In this document: positions 17,859 through 27,680 of the stretch, in pieces
Layout of the letters: every line of letters starts with the position of its first letter
Numbering within the stretch: the stretch's first letter is position 1
Assembly: GCA_048882325.1 (NCBI GenBank)
Contig: JBHLRS010000017.1
Location: 162 to 64,161 of the forward strand
DNA from: Candidatus Thorarchaeota archaeon
GTDB taxonomy: Archaea > Asgardarchaeota > Thorarchaeia > Thorarchaeales > Thorarchaeaceae
Direction of reading: 5' to 3'
DNA length: 64,000 nucleotides
Notes under the pieces: model-generated
The model's input: the letters and a program-made list of their open reading frames with translations, nothing else
Told to the model about the DNA's origin: nothing
Database searches by the model: none
Position numbers and translations under genes: made by a program

Positions 17859-19127
17859 ATGAAGCAGAATGCTACTGTAAAGGGTGTCTTTCTGAGCCTA
17901 AGTCCAATGAAGGAGTCCCTCCGACATAGGTCAACAAAATGGTGGATAAGCTTTGGAGCAGTCATCATAGGCGCTGTGGCACTTCTAATCGGTCTGATTT
18001 CTGTGGCAACAGTGTCCAATAGCGGGATTGGACTTCAAGCTGTAGCCACTTCGTTCACTTTTGCGGTGGTCCTAGTGTTTTGCACTATTCTAGCCAAACG
18101 ATTTGTAACAGAGAGATGGACCGAACGCAGACTTTCATTTGGGTTGGCAACCGTGGGGAGTATTGCCATGATGGTCACCATAGCCATGCTTGGTTTTCTC
18201 TTGGTGCCGGATGATTGGATGGGTTTCACTAGGGATTTGACATTCGCAGGAGCCACACTCGGGATTATTCTGCTTCTCTACACTTACGGATATCCTCTTC
18301 TGCGAGATAGAGGCTCAGCGGGGTTCATAACAATCGCAGGCCTCACAATAGTGCTTCTGATTGTCTATATGACAGCGATATCAAATTGGATTGTTCCATA
18401 TGATCCCTTTGCCATCAACGTTGGTGGTATACTCGCTGCTCCATCGCCAAGGTTTCCGCTTGGAACTACTGACCTTGGACAAGATCTCCTGAGCCGCGTC
18501 ATTGCAGGTGGAGCTGTCATGTTGCAGGTGGCGGCGCTTTCTGTGGCTGTTTGTGTTGCGATTGGTATTCCTGTGGGGCTGCTAGCATCATACAAAGGAG
18601 GCGTCGTGGACAGAATCGTTTCACTGGTTATGGACAGCCTTTTTGCTTTTCCTGGTCTAGTATTAGCAATAGCTCTTGCTGCAATGCTTGGCGCAGGTGT
18701 AGTCAACATGGCTTTGGCCATTGCTGTTGTGTACATACCCTCGTACTTCAGAGTAGTGAGAAGTCAGGTCCTTACAGTGAGGGAGCTACCCTATGTTGAG
18801 GCTGCAATTGTCTTAGGGGCAAGAGACCGTGAGATACTCCTTCGTTATATCCTGCCTAATGTGTTACCCTCTGCAGTAGTGGTTATGTCCATCAACTTCG
18901 CAGACGCCATATTGACCGCCGCGGGTCTGACATTTGTTGGGCTTGGATTGGGAATAGAAGTTACTGATTGGGGTCGGGACCTCACAACTGGCTCAACATT
19001 ACTCAATGTTGTCCGTGCATGGTGGGTCATTTCCTACCCTGGACTTATGATTGTCATTCTGGCTCTTGGATTTACACTGACTGGTGAGGGACTAAGTGAG
19101 ATCCTAACACCGAGACTGAGGGAATAG
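17859..19127 (+). CDS. oligopeptide/dipeptide ABC transporter permease (OppC/DppC-like) with N-terminal polytopic extension
   Basis: 422 aa. The OppC core (SNWIVPYDP...) is preceded by about 150 aa carrying about 4 extra transmembrane helices. Confidence 0.8.
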   Translation: MKQNATVKGVFLSLSPMKESLRHRSTKWWISFGAVIIGAVALLIGLISVATVSNSGIGLQAVATSFTFAVVLVFCTILAKRFVTERWTERRLSFGLATVGSIAMMVTIAMLGFLLVPDDWMGFTRDLTFAGATLGIILLLYTYGYPLLRDRGSAGFITIAGLTIVLLIVYMTAISNWIVPYDPFAINVGGILAAPSPRFPLGTTDLGQDLLSRVIAGGAVMLQVAALSVAVCVAIGIPVGLLASYKGGVVDRIVSLVMDSLFAFPGLVLAIALAAMLGAGVVNMALAIAVVYIPSYFRVVRSQVLTVRELPYVEAAIVLGARDREILLRYILPNVLPSAVVVMSINFADAILTAAGLTFVGLGLGIEVTDWGRDLTTGSTLLNVVRAWWVISYPGLMIVILALGFTLTGEGLSEILTPRLRE

Positions 19128-19132
19128 ATACA

Positions 19133-20143
19133 TTGACAGACCTATTGCGAATTGAAGATTTGGTAGTGGAGTATAAGACTCGTCGCGGCGCCGCCAGAGG
19201 AGTAGACAATATCTCTCTGATGCTAAAGAAGAACAGGACTCTTGGCCTTGCAGGAGAGAGCGGCTGTGGAAAATCAACTCTGGGGCGAGCGATAATTAAG
19301 CTGGTTCCTCACCCTGGAAAAATACTATCCGGAAACATATTCTTCAATCTGGAGGATGATGTCCCATACGAAGATGGCATTATCCCGAAGGGAGAAATCA
19401 ACATAATGCAACTCAGTGAGAAAGAGATGAGGGGGCTTAGAGGAAAAGAGATTGCATACATTTTCCAAGACCCTATGACCTCCTTGAACCCAATGTTGAA
19501 AATCGGTAGTCATTTTGTTGAAACTGTTCAAGCACACAATCCTGACGTTGAGGAGGAGGAGGCTCTTGAGATTGGAGCCAAAATGCTCGAGAGTCTTGGT
19601 ATTCTGGCTGAGCGGATCAATGACTACCCACACCAATTCAGTGGTGGGATGCGTCAACGTGTCATGATAGGTTTGAGTCTCGCTTTAAAGCCCCGGCTAT
19701 TAATTGCAGACGAACCTACAACCTCTCTTGATGTGATTGTTGAAGCTCAAATACTTGAGGAGATTGCTGAGCTTAAGGAAATGTTCGACCTCACTCTGAT
19801 ACTCATTACTCACAATCTTGGAGTCCTCGCACAGACTGCTGATGACATCGCGATACTATACACTGGAAGGATCATGGAGCTCTCTCCAACAATAGACTTG
19901 TTCGAGGAACCACTTCATCCCTACACAAGAGCACTTCTGGAGTCAGTTCCAGACGTGACTCAGCCTGATAAGAAGCTAGCCTGGATTCCTGGTGCACCTC
20001 CTGACCTGATCAATCCAATTCCTGGGTGTATGTTCAATCCAAGGTGTCCATATGCGATGGATATCTGTAAGACAGTCCAACCAGACTTGATTGATACTGG
20101 ACAGGGACGACTGGTCGCTTGTCATTTATTTGGAGGAGAATGA
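19133..20143 (+). CDS. oligopeptide ABC transporter ATP-binding protein (OppD-like)
   Basis: Walker A GESGCGKST, signature FSGGMRQR, Walker B LLIADEPTTSLD, and a C-terminal oligopeptide-transporter domain with Cys residues. Confidence 0.9.
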   Translation: MTDLLRIEDLVVEYKTRRGAARGVDNISLMLKKNRTLGLAGESGCGKSTLGRAIIKLVPHPGKILSGNIFFNLEDDVPYEDGIIPKGEINIMQLSEKEMRGLRGKEIAYIFQDPMTSLNPMLKIGSHFVETVQAHNPDVEEEEALEIGAKMLESLGILAERINDYPHQFSGGMRQRVMIGLSLALKPRLLIADEPTTSLDVIVEAQILEEIAELKEMFDLTLILITHNLGVLAQTADDIAILYTGRIMELSPTIDLFEEPLHPYTRALLESVPDVTQPDKKLAWIPGAPPDLINPIPGCMFNPRCPYAMDICKTVQPDLIDTGQGRLVACHLFGGE

Positions 20144-20146
20144 AAC

Positions 20147-21130
20147 ATGGCACTCATCGAGGTAAGAAACGTCAAGAAGCACTTCGAGATTACTAAAGGT
20201 TTCCTTGACTCGATATTTGCTAGAGAGCACGAATATGTCAGAGCAGTCGACGGAGTGTCTTTTGAATTAGAAAAGGGAGAAGTCCTTGGTCTTGTTGGTG
20301 AGAGCGGCTCAGGAAAAACGACCATGGGGAGACTGTGTGTTCGATTGATAAGACCTACAGCTGGTGAAATCATCTTCGAGGGTAAAGATATCGCCACACT
20401 TAAGGGAAAGGAATTAAGATTATTGAGACAGAAACTCCAGTTTACATTTCAAGATCCAACATCATCACTCAATCCACGGATGAAAACTGGTGATGCAATC
20501 GCGGATGCTCTTCGACTTCAAGGAATCGGAACAAAAGAAGAGAGAAAGGAGAGGACAGAGCAGATTCTTGAGAGAGTAGGCCTGTCACCACCAAGTTCGT
20601 TCTATGATCGACTGCCACATCAACTATCAGGAGGACAGAAACAACGCGTCGTCTTTGGTAGGGCCATGATTCTAAATCCTGAGTTTGTGGTGACTGATGA
20701 ACCTGTTGCGATGGTGGATGTATCCATCAAGGCTCAGATTCTTGACTTGATGATGGATTTGAAGAAAGAGTTTGACCTTACCTACCTGTTCATTTCACAT
20801 GATCTTGCCACAGCTCGACACGTATGTGATAGAATCGCTGTCATGTATCTTGGGAAAATCGTTGAAGTTGCAGACAAAGACAGTATATACGAAGATCCTC
20901 TTCACCCGTATGCTGTTGGTCTCATGAGTGCGATTCCTATCCCAGATCCAAAAGCGAAGAAAACAGAGGCAGTCCCAAGAGGAGAAATTCCAAGTCCAAT
21001 AAATCCACCAAGTGGGTGTAGATTCCACCCGAGGTGTCCAAAAGCATTTGACAGGTGTCCAGAAGAGGAACCTCAGCTACTTGACGTGGGTAATGGAAGA
21101 CAAGTTGCTTGCCACTTGTATGAATCCTAA
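20147..21130 (+). CDS. oligopeptide ABC transporter ATP-binding protein (OppF-like)
   Basis: Walker A GESGSGKTT, signature LSGGQKQR, Walker B VVTDEPVAMVD, and a C-terminal CRFHPRCP motif. Confidence 0.9.
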   Translation: MALIEVRNVKKHFEITKGFLDSIFAREHEYVRAVDGVSFELEKGEVLGLVGESGSGKTTMGRLCVRLIRPTAGEIIFEGKDIATLKGKELRLLRQKLQFTFQDPTSSLNPRMKTGDAIADALRLQGIGTKEERKERTEQILERVGLSPPSSFYDRLPHQLSGGQKQRVVFGRAMILNPEFVVTDEPVAMVDVSIKAQILDLMMDLKKEFDLTYLFISHDLATARHVCDRIAVMYLGKIVEVADKDSIYEDPLHPYAVGLMSAIPIPDPKAKKTEAVPRGEIPSPINPPSGCRFHPRCPKAFDRCPEEEPQLLDVGNGRQVACHLYES

Positions 21131-21438
21131 CGTTGACCGAGTCCCTTGTTCTTTAGGATTTTAACTCGTTCAGTAACTTCTTCTCTCTCCTTGGAAAGAG
21201 TGTTGCTTTCGACAATGAGTTTCAATAAAGAACTTGCATACTCTGACTCGGGTACGTGACCATTCCTTAGTTCCTGCTCAAGTCGAACTCTCTTCGTCTT
21301 AACCTCATCAATCGCCTTGTTAAGTGATCGAAGTCGAATCTGCATAAAAGCCAATGAGTTTGAGGCGTTCATTGGACGACCAACCTTTCCCCAAGACAAA
21401 CCACTATCACCAGCCATCGTGCTACTGTCTCTATTCAT
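21127..21438 (-). CDS. hypothetical small basic coiled-coil protein
   Basis: 103 aa. The C-terminal 60 aa are strongly helical and charged (NKAIDEVKTKRVRLEQELRNG...EREEVTERVKILKNKG). Convergent with oppF. The start is uncertain. Confidence 0.3.
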   Translation of the reverse strand: MNRDSSTMAGDSGLSWGKVGRPMNASNSLAFMQIRLRSLNKAIDEVKTKRVRLEQELRNGHVPESEYASSLLKLIVESNTLSKEREEVTERVKILKNKGLGQR

Positions 21439-21642
21439 CCTATTATACTCCTATCTGTGGTCGGTATGTGTAGGTATAGGAACATTGTATATTATAAACT
21501 ATTCTATTATAGTATTATACCATAATACATATGCATAAATATCCATAAAACCCAGAATGATATGTCTGAAAGGGGATTTCAGGACCATTACTATCATATA
21601 ATGGTCGTTTCGCACAATATTCGATAGCACACCAAATGACCT
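21439..21642. promoter_or_regulatory. AT-rich divergent intergenic region with multiple TATA-box-like motifs
   Basis: About 200 nt at roughly 75% A+T, with repeated TATTATA(C/G) and TATATTATAAAC elements. Lies between the divergent 103-aa gene and the histidine kinase gene. Confidence 0.4.
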
Positions 21643-22944
21643 ATGGTCTGGATATCCGAAGGCAGAATGGAGCACAACTCATTGAGGGATGCACGAACCA
21701 CTCAATTGACTGTTCAAGGTCTAGTCAAGGGTATTCTAGGTCTCCCCCTCACTCTTACTCGCCCTTCCCCCGCTGTCACCGAGGGTGGCATGAGAAGGAG
21801 AGCCAGATTCCTCCGTACAGCTCTGTTCGCAGCAGTGTGTGTGTTCCCTATTCTTCAGATAACCAGCGACTCCGTTCGAGGATATCCACTTTATTCCGTC
21901 TTGACAATTTTCGCTGCTGGTTTTTATCTGCTGAGTGGAACACAGCATCTAGGGATTGCATCAGCGTTTACCATCATAACTACAGCCTGCATTCCATTTG
22001 TGATTATCCTAGTTTATCCAGTGTGGAATACAGGACGTCTTGCAATGCAAATTCTAGTTTGGCCGGTACTTTCCGTTCTTATAGGCACTCAACTGATTTC
22101 CATCAAGAAGCAAGCAGTACTCGCAGGCGGCATATGTTTAGCACTAGTGTTTGTTTCAGTTCACCATCCTGGAATAATATTCAGAGAGGGTTTGGAGATA
22201 GTTGCAGTTTATTTTGGAATTGCTATCCTGTTGATGTTTACATCATTCAATCAGGAATACTTTTCTTCAAGACTAGAAAGAAGTAACCGCAAACGTGACT
22301 CTCGACGTCGGGAACTAGAAATCTACACTAGCCTACTGAAACATGACCTTGGTAATGATCTGCAGGTGATTCTTGGTGGAATTGAGCTTGCTCAGATGGC
22401 CAATGGAGAACCTAGACAATCAGCATTTTTAGAATCGACATATGCTGCTGCTCAACGTATGCAAAGTCTACTTCACATTTTTTCAATGTCTGAAGATGAA
22501 GTGGATGCGGATATTGTCACTTTGTTGGAGAAGATAGGAAAGCGTGCAGAAATCGCTTTCAAAGGCATGGTAGTGTCAATCAAAGTGTCTCATCAAGTCC
22601 GTCAGAGGTCACCGAAATATGGTCGATTGGTTGCACTAGCTTTTGAAAATCTACTTCGTAATGTTTCTCAGCATGCAGGATCAAATCCGAATGTTGCAAT
22701 AGAAATTACCCAATCAGGAGATTCACTCAGAATTCGATTTAGTGACGATGGACCGGGAATCGATCAGTCAATCCAAGATATCCTCTTTGATAAGGGTGTA
22801 TCCACTGGACCTGAAAGCGATGGATTGGGATTGTACCTAACCAAGTCAATCATAGAAGCAGAGAGAGGTTCTATTGAACTTGATCCATCAAAACAAACGG
22901 GTTGTTGCTTTCTAATTAGACTGCCATTAGAGAACGGGGACTGA
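21643..22944 (+). CDS. membrane-bound sensor histidine kinase
   Basis: About 6 N-terminal transmembrane helices, an H-box (LLKHDLGNDLQVILGG), and an HATPase_c region (FENLLRNVSQHAG, DDGPGID, GLGLYL). The start is uncertain: 21643, 21667 or 21790. No response regulator is adjacent. Confidence 0.75.
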   Translation: MVWISEGRMEHNSLRDARTTQLTVQGLVKGILGLPLTLTRPSPAVTEGGMRRRARFLRTALFAAVCVFPILQITSDSVRGYPLYSVLTIFAAGFYLLSGTQHLGIASAFTIITTACIPFVIILVYPVWNTGRLAMQILVWPVLSVLIGTQLISIKKQAVLAGGICLALVFVSVHHPGIIFREGLEIVAVYFGIAILLMFTSFNQEYFSSRLERSNRKRDSRRRELEIYTSLLKHDLGNDLQVILGGIELAQMANGEPRQSAFLESTYAAAQRMQSLLHIFSMSEDEVDADIVTLLEKIGKRAEIAFKGMVVSIKVSHQVRQRSPKYGRLVALAFENLLRNVSQHAGSNPNVAIEITQSGDSLRIRFSDDGPGIDQSIQDILFDKGVSTGPESDGLGLYLTKSIIEAERGSIELDPSKQTGCCFLIRLPLENGD

Positions 22945-23017
22945 TTATTCTAAAACCGACCATCTTCAGAGAAAGAATAAATGGTGTAATGTTTAGTTAG
23001 CAAACGGGAGAACTGAT

Positions 23018-24589
23018 TTGACAAATCTTCAGACTACAATTTCGAAGGTCACAGTGTTTCGAGATGCCGCCCGTGTAACGAGAACCGGGAAGGCAAAGTT
23101 GGAGCCTGGACCACACAAGGTAATGGTGACAGGTGTCACTAACTATGCTCAATATGATAGTTTTAGGGTTAAGGGTCGAGGACCTGCCAAACTATCGAGT
23201 ATCGACGTTCAGAGTATAACAGAGGTCTTCGAGCCTTCTGATGATGTAAAACCACTCTATGATGAACTCAAAGCGTTGGAGAAGAAGAAGCTTGGAATTC
23301 AAGATGAGATTGAATTCCAGCAGAATCGACTTGTACAGATCAACAATATGCTTGCTGAGTTTACAAATCACTTCGGAATGGTGTATGCGGCGAATGAGGG
23401 CGATATCAAATCCCTCGCTGATATGGATAAGAAATCTACAAAATTAGCCAAGGATGTTCAAAAACAACTTCGCGACCTGAATGATGATCTGAAAGAACTA
23501 GATGACCAAATGCAGATTCTTAGAAACAACATAGGGCGTATTAATTCTGAACGAAAGACAGTATCAACTTATGCGGTCGAAGTTTCGCTTGAGGTGTCCT
23601 CCGCATCAGAGATCGAACTTGATGTCACCTATCAGACAGGCGGGGCTTCATGGATCCCTCGCTATGATGTAGACCTTCACCCTGAGAAATCCAAACTTCG
23701 TAGACTTGCTATGGTGAGTAATCAAACCCAGGAAGACTGGTCTGAGATTGGATTAACAATTTCCACTGCAACAGCTAGACCTGTAGAGGCAGTAGAGGGC
23801 AGACCATTTTATATCACAGCTTACGATCCCTCTTTGGCTAGAGATTACGGAGCAGATGGACGTAAGAGAAGAATGCCCAAGCCTTCGATGAAAGCAGCTG
23901 CAGTAGCAGGGATGGCACCACCAGCTCCACCAGCTGAGATTGCTGAGGAGTTTGCAGAGGCGGTAGAAACAGTTTCAGGAATAGTAGTTTACGAGCTTTC
24001 GAAGAAGTTATCGATACCATCTGACAATGAGCGACATCCAGTAACACTCATAGAAGAGGAGCTTGATTCATCGACAATTCATTACTGGTACGCTGAAGGC
24101 ATGGCAGAGGTTGTTGCACAGGACAAAGTAGTAAACAATGATAATGTCATCCTACCTGGACAGATGAAAGTGTTCTCGGAGGGAGATTATATCGGGGAAA
24201 CCTCAATCAGTCAAATATCACCTCGTGAGGAGTTCAAGATAGGCACTCGAGTGGCTTATGATGTGAAGGCTGAGAAGAAACTTATCGAACGAGAGATGGA
24301 GAAGGCTGGAGTCTTGAGAGGAAAACTCAAACGCTCTTACAAATACAGACTTGAGATTCAGAGTTTCTCAAAGAGGAAAGTCGAGATAGATATCTTTGAT
24401 AGAGTACCTCATAGCGTTAGTACTCAAATCGAGGTGAAAATCGACTGGGAAAAACTATCTGCTAAGAATCACGAACTTGGTGTGATTGAATGGTATCGGG
24501 AGCTTGAGCCAGATGAGAAAAAGCATATCGAGTATGATTATGAGGTCGAATGGGAGAGGGACGTGACTATCAGTCCACCATTACCATAG
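23018..24589 (+). CDS. DUF4140/DUF4139 family protein (MuiA-like), paralog A
   Basis: TTG start with GGGAG upstream. The N-terminus TVFRDAARVTRTGKAKLEPG...DSFRVKG matches the DUF4140 pattern. A central coiled-coil follows. The YQTGGASWIPRYDV block matches the DUF4139 core. An acidic insert is present. The C-terminus is VTISPPLP. Confidence 0.55.
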   Translation: MTNLQTTISKVTVFRDAARVTRTGKAKLEPGPHKVMVTGVTNYAQYDSFRVKGRGPAKLSSIDVQSITEVFEPSDDVKPLYDELKALEKKKLGIQDEIEFQQNRLVQINNMLAEFTNHFGMVYAANEGDIKSLADMDKKSTKLAKDVQKQLRDLNDDLKELDDQMQILRNNIGRINSERKTVSTYAVEVSLEVSSASEIELDVTYQTGGASWIPRYDVDLHPEKSKLRRLAMVSNQTQEDWSEIGLTISTATARPVEAVEGRPFYITAYDPSLARDYGADGRKRRMPKPSMKAAAVAGMAPPAPPAEIAEEFAEAVETVSGIVVYELSKKLSIPSDNERHPVTLIEEELDSSTIHYWYAEGMAEVVAQDKVVNNDNVILPGQMKVFSEGDYIGETSISQISPREEFKIGTRVAYDVKAEKKLIEREMEKAGVLRGKLKRSYKYRLEIQSFSKRKVEIDIFDRVPHSVSTQIEVKIDWEKLSAKNHELGVIEWYRELEPDEKKHIEYDYEVEWERDVTISPPLP

Positions 24590-24600
24590 GAGGTTAGAAG

Positions 24601-26196
24601 ATGAAGGAGATTAACACACACATTTCGACAGTTACTGTATTCCGTGATGGAGCTCGTATTGTCAGAATTGGCAAGACAGAGCTAGGCCCAGGAGAGCAGG
24701 TCGTAAAGATTCCAGAATTAACTCGATACGCAGAACAAGATAGCTTCCGCGTGAAAGGAAAAGGGAACGCAGTTCTTAGAGGGATAGATGTCAAACAGGT
24801 TAGTAGAACCTTCGAACCAGAAGGTGAGACGAAAGAGCTCGTAGAGAAACTAATGCAACTCCAAAAGGAGAGAAAAGAGATTGAAGATGACATCCAATTG
24901 CAACGAACCAGAGAAGATCGGCTGAACGTTGTGATGGGTCAGTTCAGCTCGGAATTTGGAAAGTGGTATTCTGTTGGAGAAACATCAATGGACCAAATGA
25001 CGAAGATGGATAAGACAGGAAGCGATTTGTTGAGAGATTCAAGAAAGACCATCCGTTCCCTTGAGATTGATTTGGAGAATATCCATACTGAAATTACAAC
25101 CCTGCAAAACAATATCAACAGGATTCATGGGCAAAGAAGGACAGAAACCTTCAATGAAGTATTGGTCAATCTTGATGTTAAGGAAAACACACAGCTAGAA
25201 CTCGAGGTCACATATCAGTTGAGGATGGCATCCTGGCAACCGACCTATGATGTCGACATTGGTGAAGATAAGTCATCGTTAAAGAGAATTGCTGTTGTAC
25301 GAAATCAAACCCTGGAAGACTGGGAAGATGTGGGTCTTACAGTCTCTACAGCTTCAGCTAAACCTGTTGAAGCAGTGGATCCAAATCCGTTCTATATCGA
25401 CGTCTATAAACCTCAATACCTTGGAGCTGGATATGCGTCAAGCTCTCCTGCAAGTCCCAGAAAGATGATGAAAGAGGAGAAAGCTTACGATGAGGATCTC
25501 GAAGATGCATTGCTGATGGAGGCAGAAGAAGAGCCAGAACCTGAAATTATCGAGGAGTATGCAGAGTCAACAGAAACACTTGGTGGTATTACTGTATATG
25601 ATGTCCCTGGTGAGGTTTCAATCCCTTCAGATAGTGACCCTCATCCAGTTACACTAACTTTGGAGGAGTTCGAATCTCGTAGACTGCACTTCTGGAATGC
25701 ATCAGCTATGGCAGAGGTTGTGGCACAGGATGAAATCACAAATGGCGATGCGGTACTACTTCCAGGAAACGTCAAGGTCTATACTGCAGGTGATTTCATA
25801 GGAGAAACATATCTGAATCTACAAGCACCACGGGAAAAATTCAGACTCGGAACTCGTGTTGCTTATGATGTGAAAGCTGAGAAGAAGCTTGTTGAGAAAG
25901 ACACTGAGAAAGCTGGAATAACACGAGGGAAGAAGAAAAGAGGTTACAGGTATTCTCTAGATATTCAGAGCTTTTCTAAACGAGAGATAACAATCAAGAT
26001 TGTTGATGTTATCCCACACAGCAATTCGGAGAGGATCACAGTCGAACTTTCCGAGCCCACACTTTCGTATAAGAAGATGGCTCTTGGAGTCATCGAATGG
26101 GAAACTAAAATTGAAGCTAGTGCAGCAATTAAGATAGGTTACTCATACGAAGTTGAATGGGAGAAAGATGTAACAATCACGCCTCCACTCCCATAG
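24601..26196 (+). CDS. DUF4140/DUF4139 family protein (MuiA-like), paralog B
   Basis: GGAGGT RBS upstream. About 45% identical to paralog A and collinear along the full length (TVFRDGARIVRIGKTELGPG, YQLRMASWQPTYDV, VTITPPLP). Confidence 0.55.
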   Translation: MKEINTHISTVTVFRDGARIVRIGKTELGPGEQVVKIPELTRYAEQDSFRVKGKGNAVLRGIDVKQVSRTFEPEGETKELVEKLMQLQKERKEIEDDIQLQRTREDRLNVVMGQFSSEFGKWYSVGETSMDQMTKMDKTGSDLLRDSRKTIRSLEIDLENIHTEITTLQNNINRIHGQRRTETFNEVLVNLDVKENTQLELEVTYQLRMASWQPTYDVDIGEDKSSLKRIAVVRNQTLEDWEDVGLTVSTASAKPVEAVDPNPFYIDVYKPQYLGAGYASSSPASPRKMMKEEKAYDEDLEDALLMEAEEEPEPEIIEEYAESTETLGGITVYDVPGEVSIPSDSDPHPVTLTLEEFESRRLHFWNASAMAEVVAQDEITNGDAVLLPGNVKVYTAGDFIGETYLNLQAPREKFRLGTRVAYDVKAEKKLVEKDTEKAGITRGKKKRGYRYSLDIQSFSKREITIKIVDVIPHSNSERITVELSEPTLSYKKMALGVIEWETKIEASAAIKIGYSYEVEWEKDVTITPPLP

Positions 26197-26205
26197 TTAG
26201 TTAGG

Positions 26206-26229
26206 TGGTAGGCTGCTAAGATCCTACCA
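26206..26229. terminator. bidirectional hairpin between convergent genes
   Basis: TGGTAGG with a 10-nt loop and CCTACCA. Lies between the 3' ends of the DUF4139-B gene and the M20 peptidase gene. Confidence 0.3.
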
Positions 26230-27573
26230 TCTACTCATCTCATCCATAACTGCCACAAGTCTATGCATCGCTTTACGGTAATTCTCAACGACAATACTCT
26301 CGTTGGGAGAGTGAGCCTTGGACTCATAATCCCCGCATCCAATGGACACCATAGGTACATGCTTATTGAACAGGTGCAATGGTCCTGATCCAGGAGATGT
26401 GGGATGGATAACTAGCTCGCCAAAGACACTCTCATTTGCATTTTCTACAATCTTGACAAATGGATGATTAACAGGAGTCTTAGCTGCGGGATATCCCTCA
26501 AGGTAGGGAATCTTGACATCCGTGAACCCATTGTTGTCCAAATGCCTTCGTAATTTCTTATGAACATCATCAGGATGCATTCCCTCAACTAACCGGAAGT
26601 CTATCTTGCATGACGCCTTCGCTGGTAAAACAGTCATCGAACCTTTTCCCTGATATCCACTCTTCAAACCACATATGTTGCAAGTGGGGTCTCCATAGTA
26701 AGCCTTCTTGAGATCATCTCCTGTCAGATTGTTTAGATATTCATCTATACCGTAGACTTCTTTGAGCTCCTCCTCCTGCATGTCGATGTTCTTGATTACT
26801 TCAATCTCAGCTTCAGAGAGTGGTTTAATGCCATCATAGAATCCCTCAATTAAAACACGACTCGACTCATCCTTTAGCGAATTTATTGCCCAAACAAGTC
26901 TATTTGCTGCTGAGGGCAGGACACATGCAGCACTCGAATGGACATCTCTTGAGAGTCGTTCCACCTCAAGCTCGATATAGAAGATGCCCTTGAGACCAAG
27001 CCAGGCCTCCTGTTTTCCATGGATTCCAGCTCCACCGAACTCCCAGATCCCGCCATCAGCTGTAATGAAGTCTGTATTTTTCTCTGTATATTCATGAAGA
27101 TGGATACTGCCTATCTCTTCCTCGCCCTCAACAACGAATTTGATGTTAACCGGAAGGTCCGTTCCGGTTTCTTTGAAAGCTTTTAATGTCCAAATCCTAG
27201 AAGTTGTGTCGCCCTTGTTATCCGCAACACCTCGACCATATAGCCTTCCATTTCGAACCTCAGGCTCGAATGGAGGAGAGTCCCAAAGGTCAAATGGCTC
27301 AGCTGGTTGCACATCATAATGATCGTAGAATAGAAGAGTCCGCTTGGCCCCAACATCAAGCCACCCAGTTATTACTGGAGCTCCTGATGTGGGATGGACT
27401 TCAGTTTCTAAACCCGCGCCTTTGAGCATCTTCTTAACAAGTTCTGCAACCTCTTCAAGTCCTTCATTCTTGGCCGCGACTGAGGGGATTCGGCATATTA
27501 TCTTAAGAGTTTCAATTGAATCATCTAAGTTGTCATCAATGAACTTGGTCACAGGTTTATACATGAAAACCAC
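26224..27573 (-). CDS. M20 family metallopeptidase (dipeptidase/ArgE/DapE-like)
   Basis: HYDVQP and GRGVADNKG metal-binding motifs. 449 aa. A dimerisation-domain insert is present. Confidence 0.8.
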   Translation of the reverse strand: MVFMYKPVTKFIDDNLDDSIETLKIICRIPSVAAKNEGLEEVAELVKKMLKGAGLETEVHPTSGAPVITGWLDVGAKRTLLFYDHYDVQPAEPFDLWDSPPFEPEVRNGRLYGRGVADNKGDTTSRIWTLKAFKETGTDLPVNIKFVVEGEEEIGSIHLHEYTEKNTDFITADGGIWEFGGAGIHGKQEAWLGLKGIFYIELEVERLSRDVHSSAACVLPSAANRLVWAINSLKDESSRVLIEGFYDGIKPLSEAEIEVIKNIDMQEEELKEVYGIDEYLNNLTGDDLKKAYYGDPTCNICGLKSGYQGKGSMTVLPAKASCKIDFRLVEGMHPDDVHKKLRRHLDNNGFTDVKIPYLEGYPAAKTPVNHPFVKIVENANESVFGELVIHPTSPGSGPLHLFNKHVPMVSIGCGDYESKAHSPNESIVVENYRKAMHRLVAVMDEMSRW

Positions 27574-27680
27574 AGTCGTGATAACATCAAATCATTAAGA
27601 TATATTCTCCCGTTCCCAAGAGCAACGAACTGCTTATCAGAAAATATCACTGAGATGTGTCTTAATAGGAAGTAGATTAT

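Noticed and set aside
17355-18736. Several 70-120-aa antisense ORFs inside oppB/oppC
   Set aside because: They are antisense to well-supported permease genes and Ala/Ser/Thr-rich from GC-skewed codon positions. Typical shadow ORFs. The same applies to the many other short antisense ORFs across the window.
21636-22286. 216-aa Ser/Cys-rich ORF in the ORF track
   Set aside because: It overlaps the histidine kinase gene in another frame, has low-complexity composition and no motifs. The HK frame carries clear H-box and HATPase motifs.
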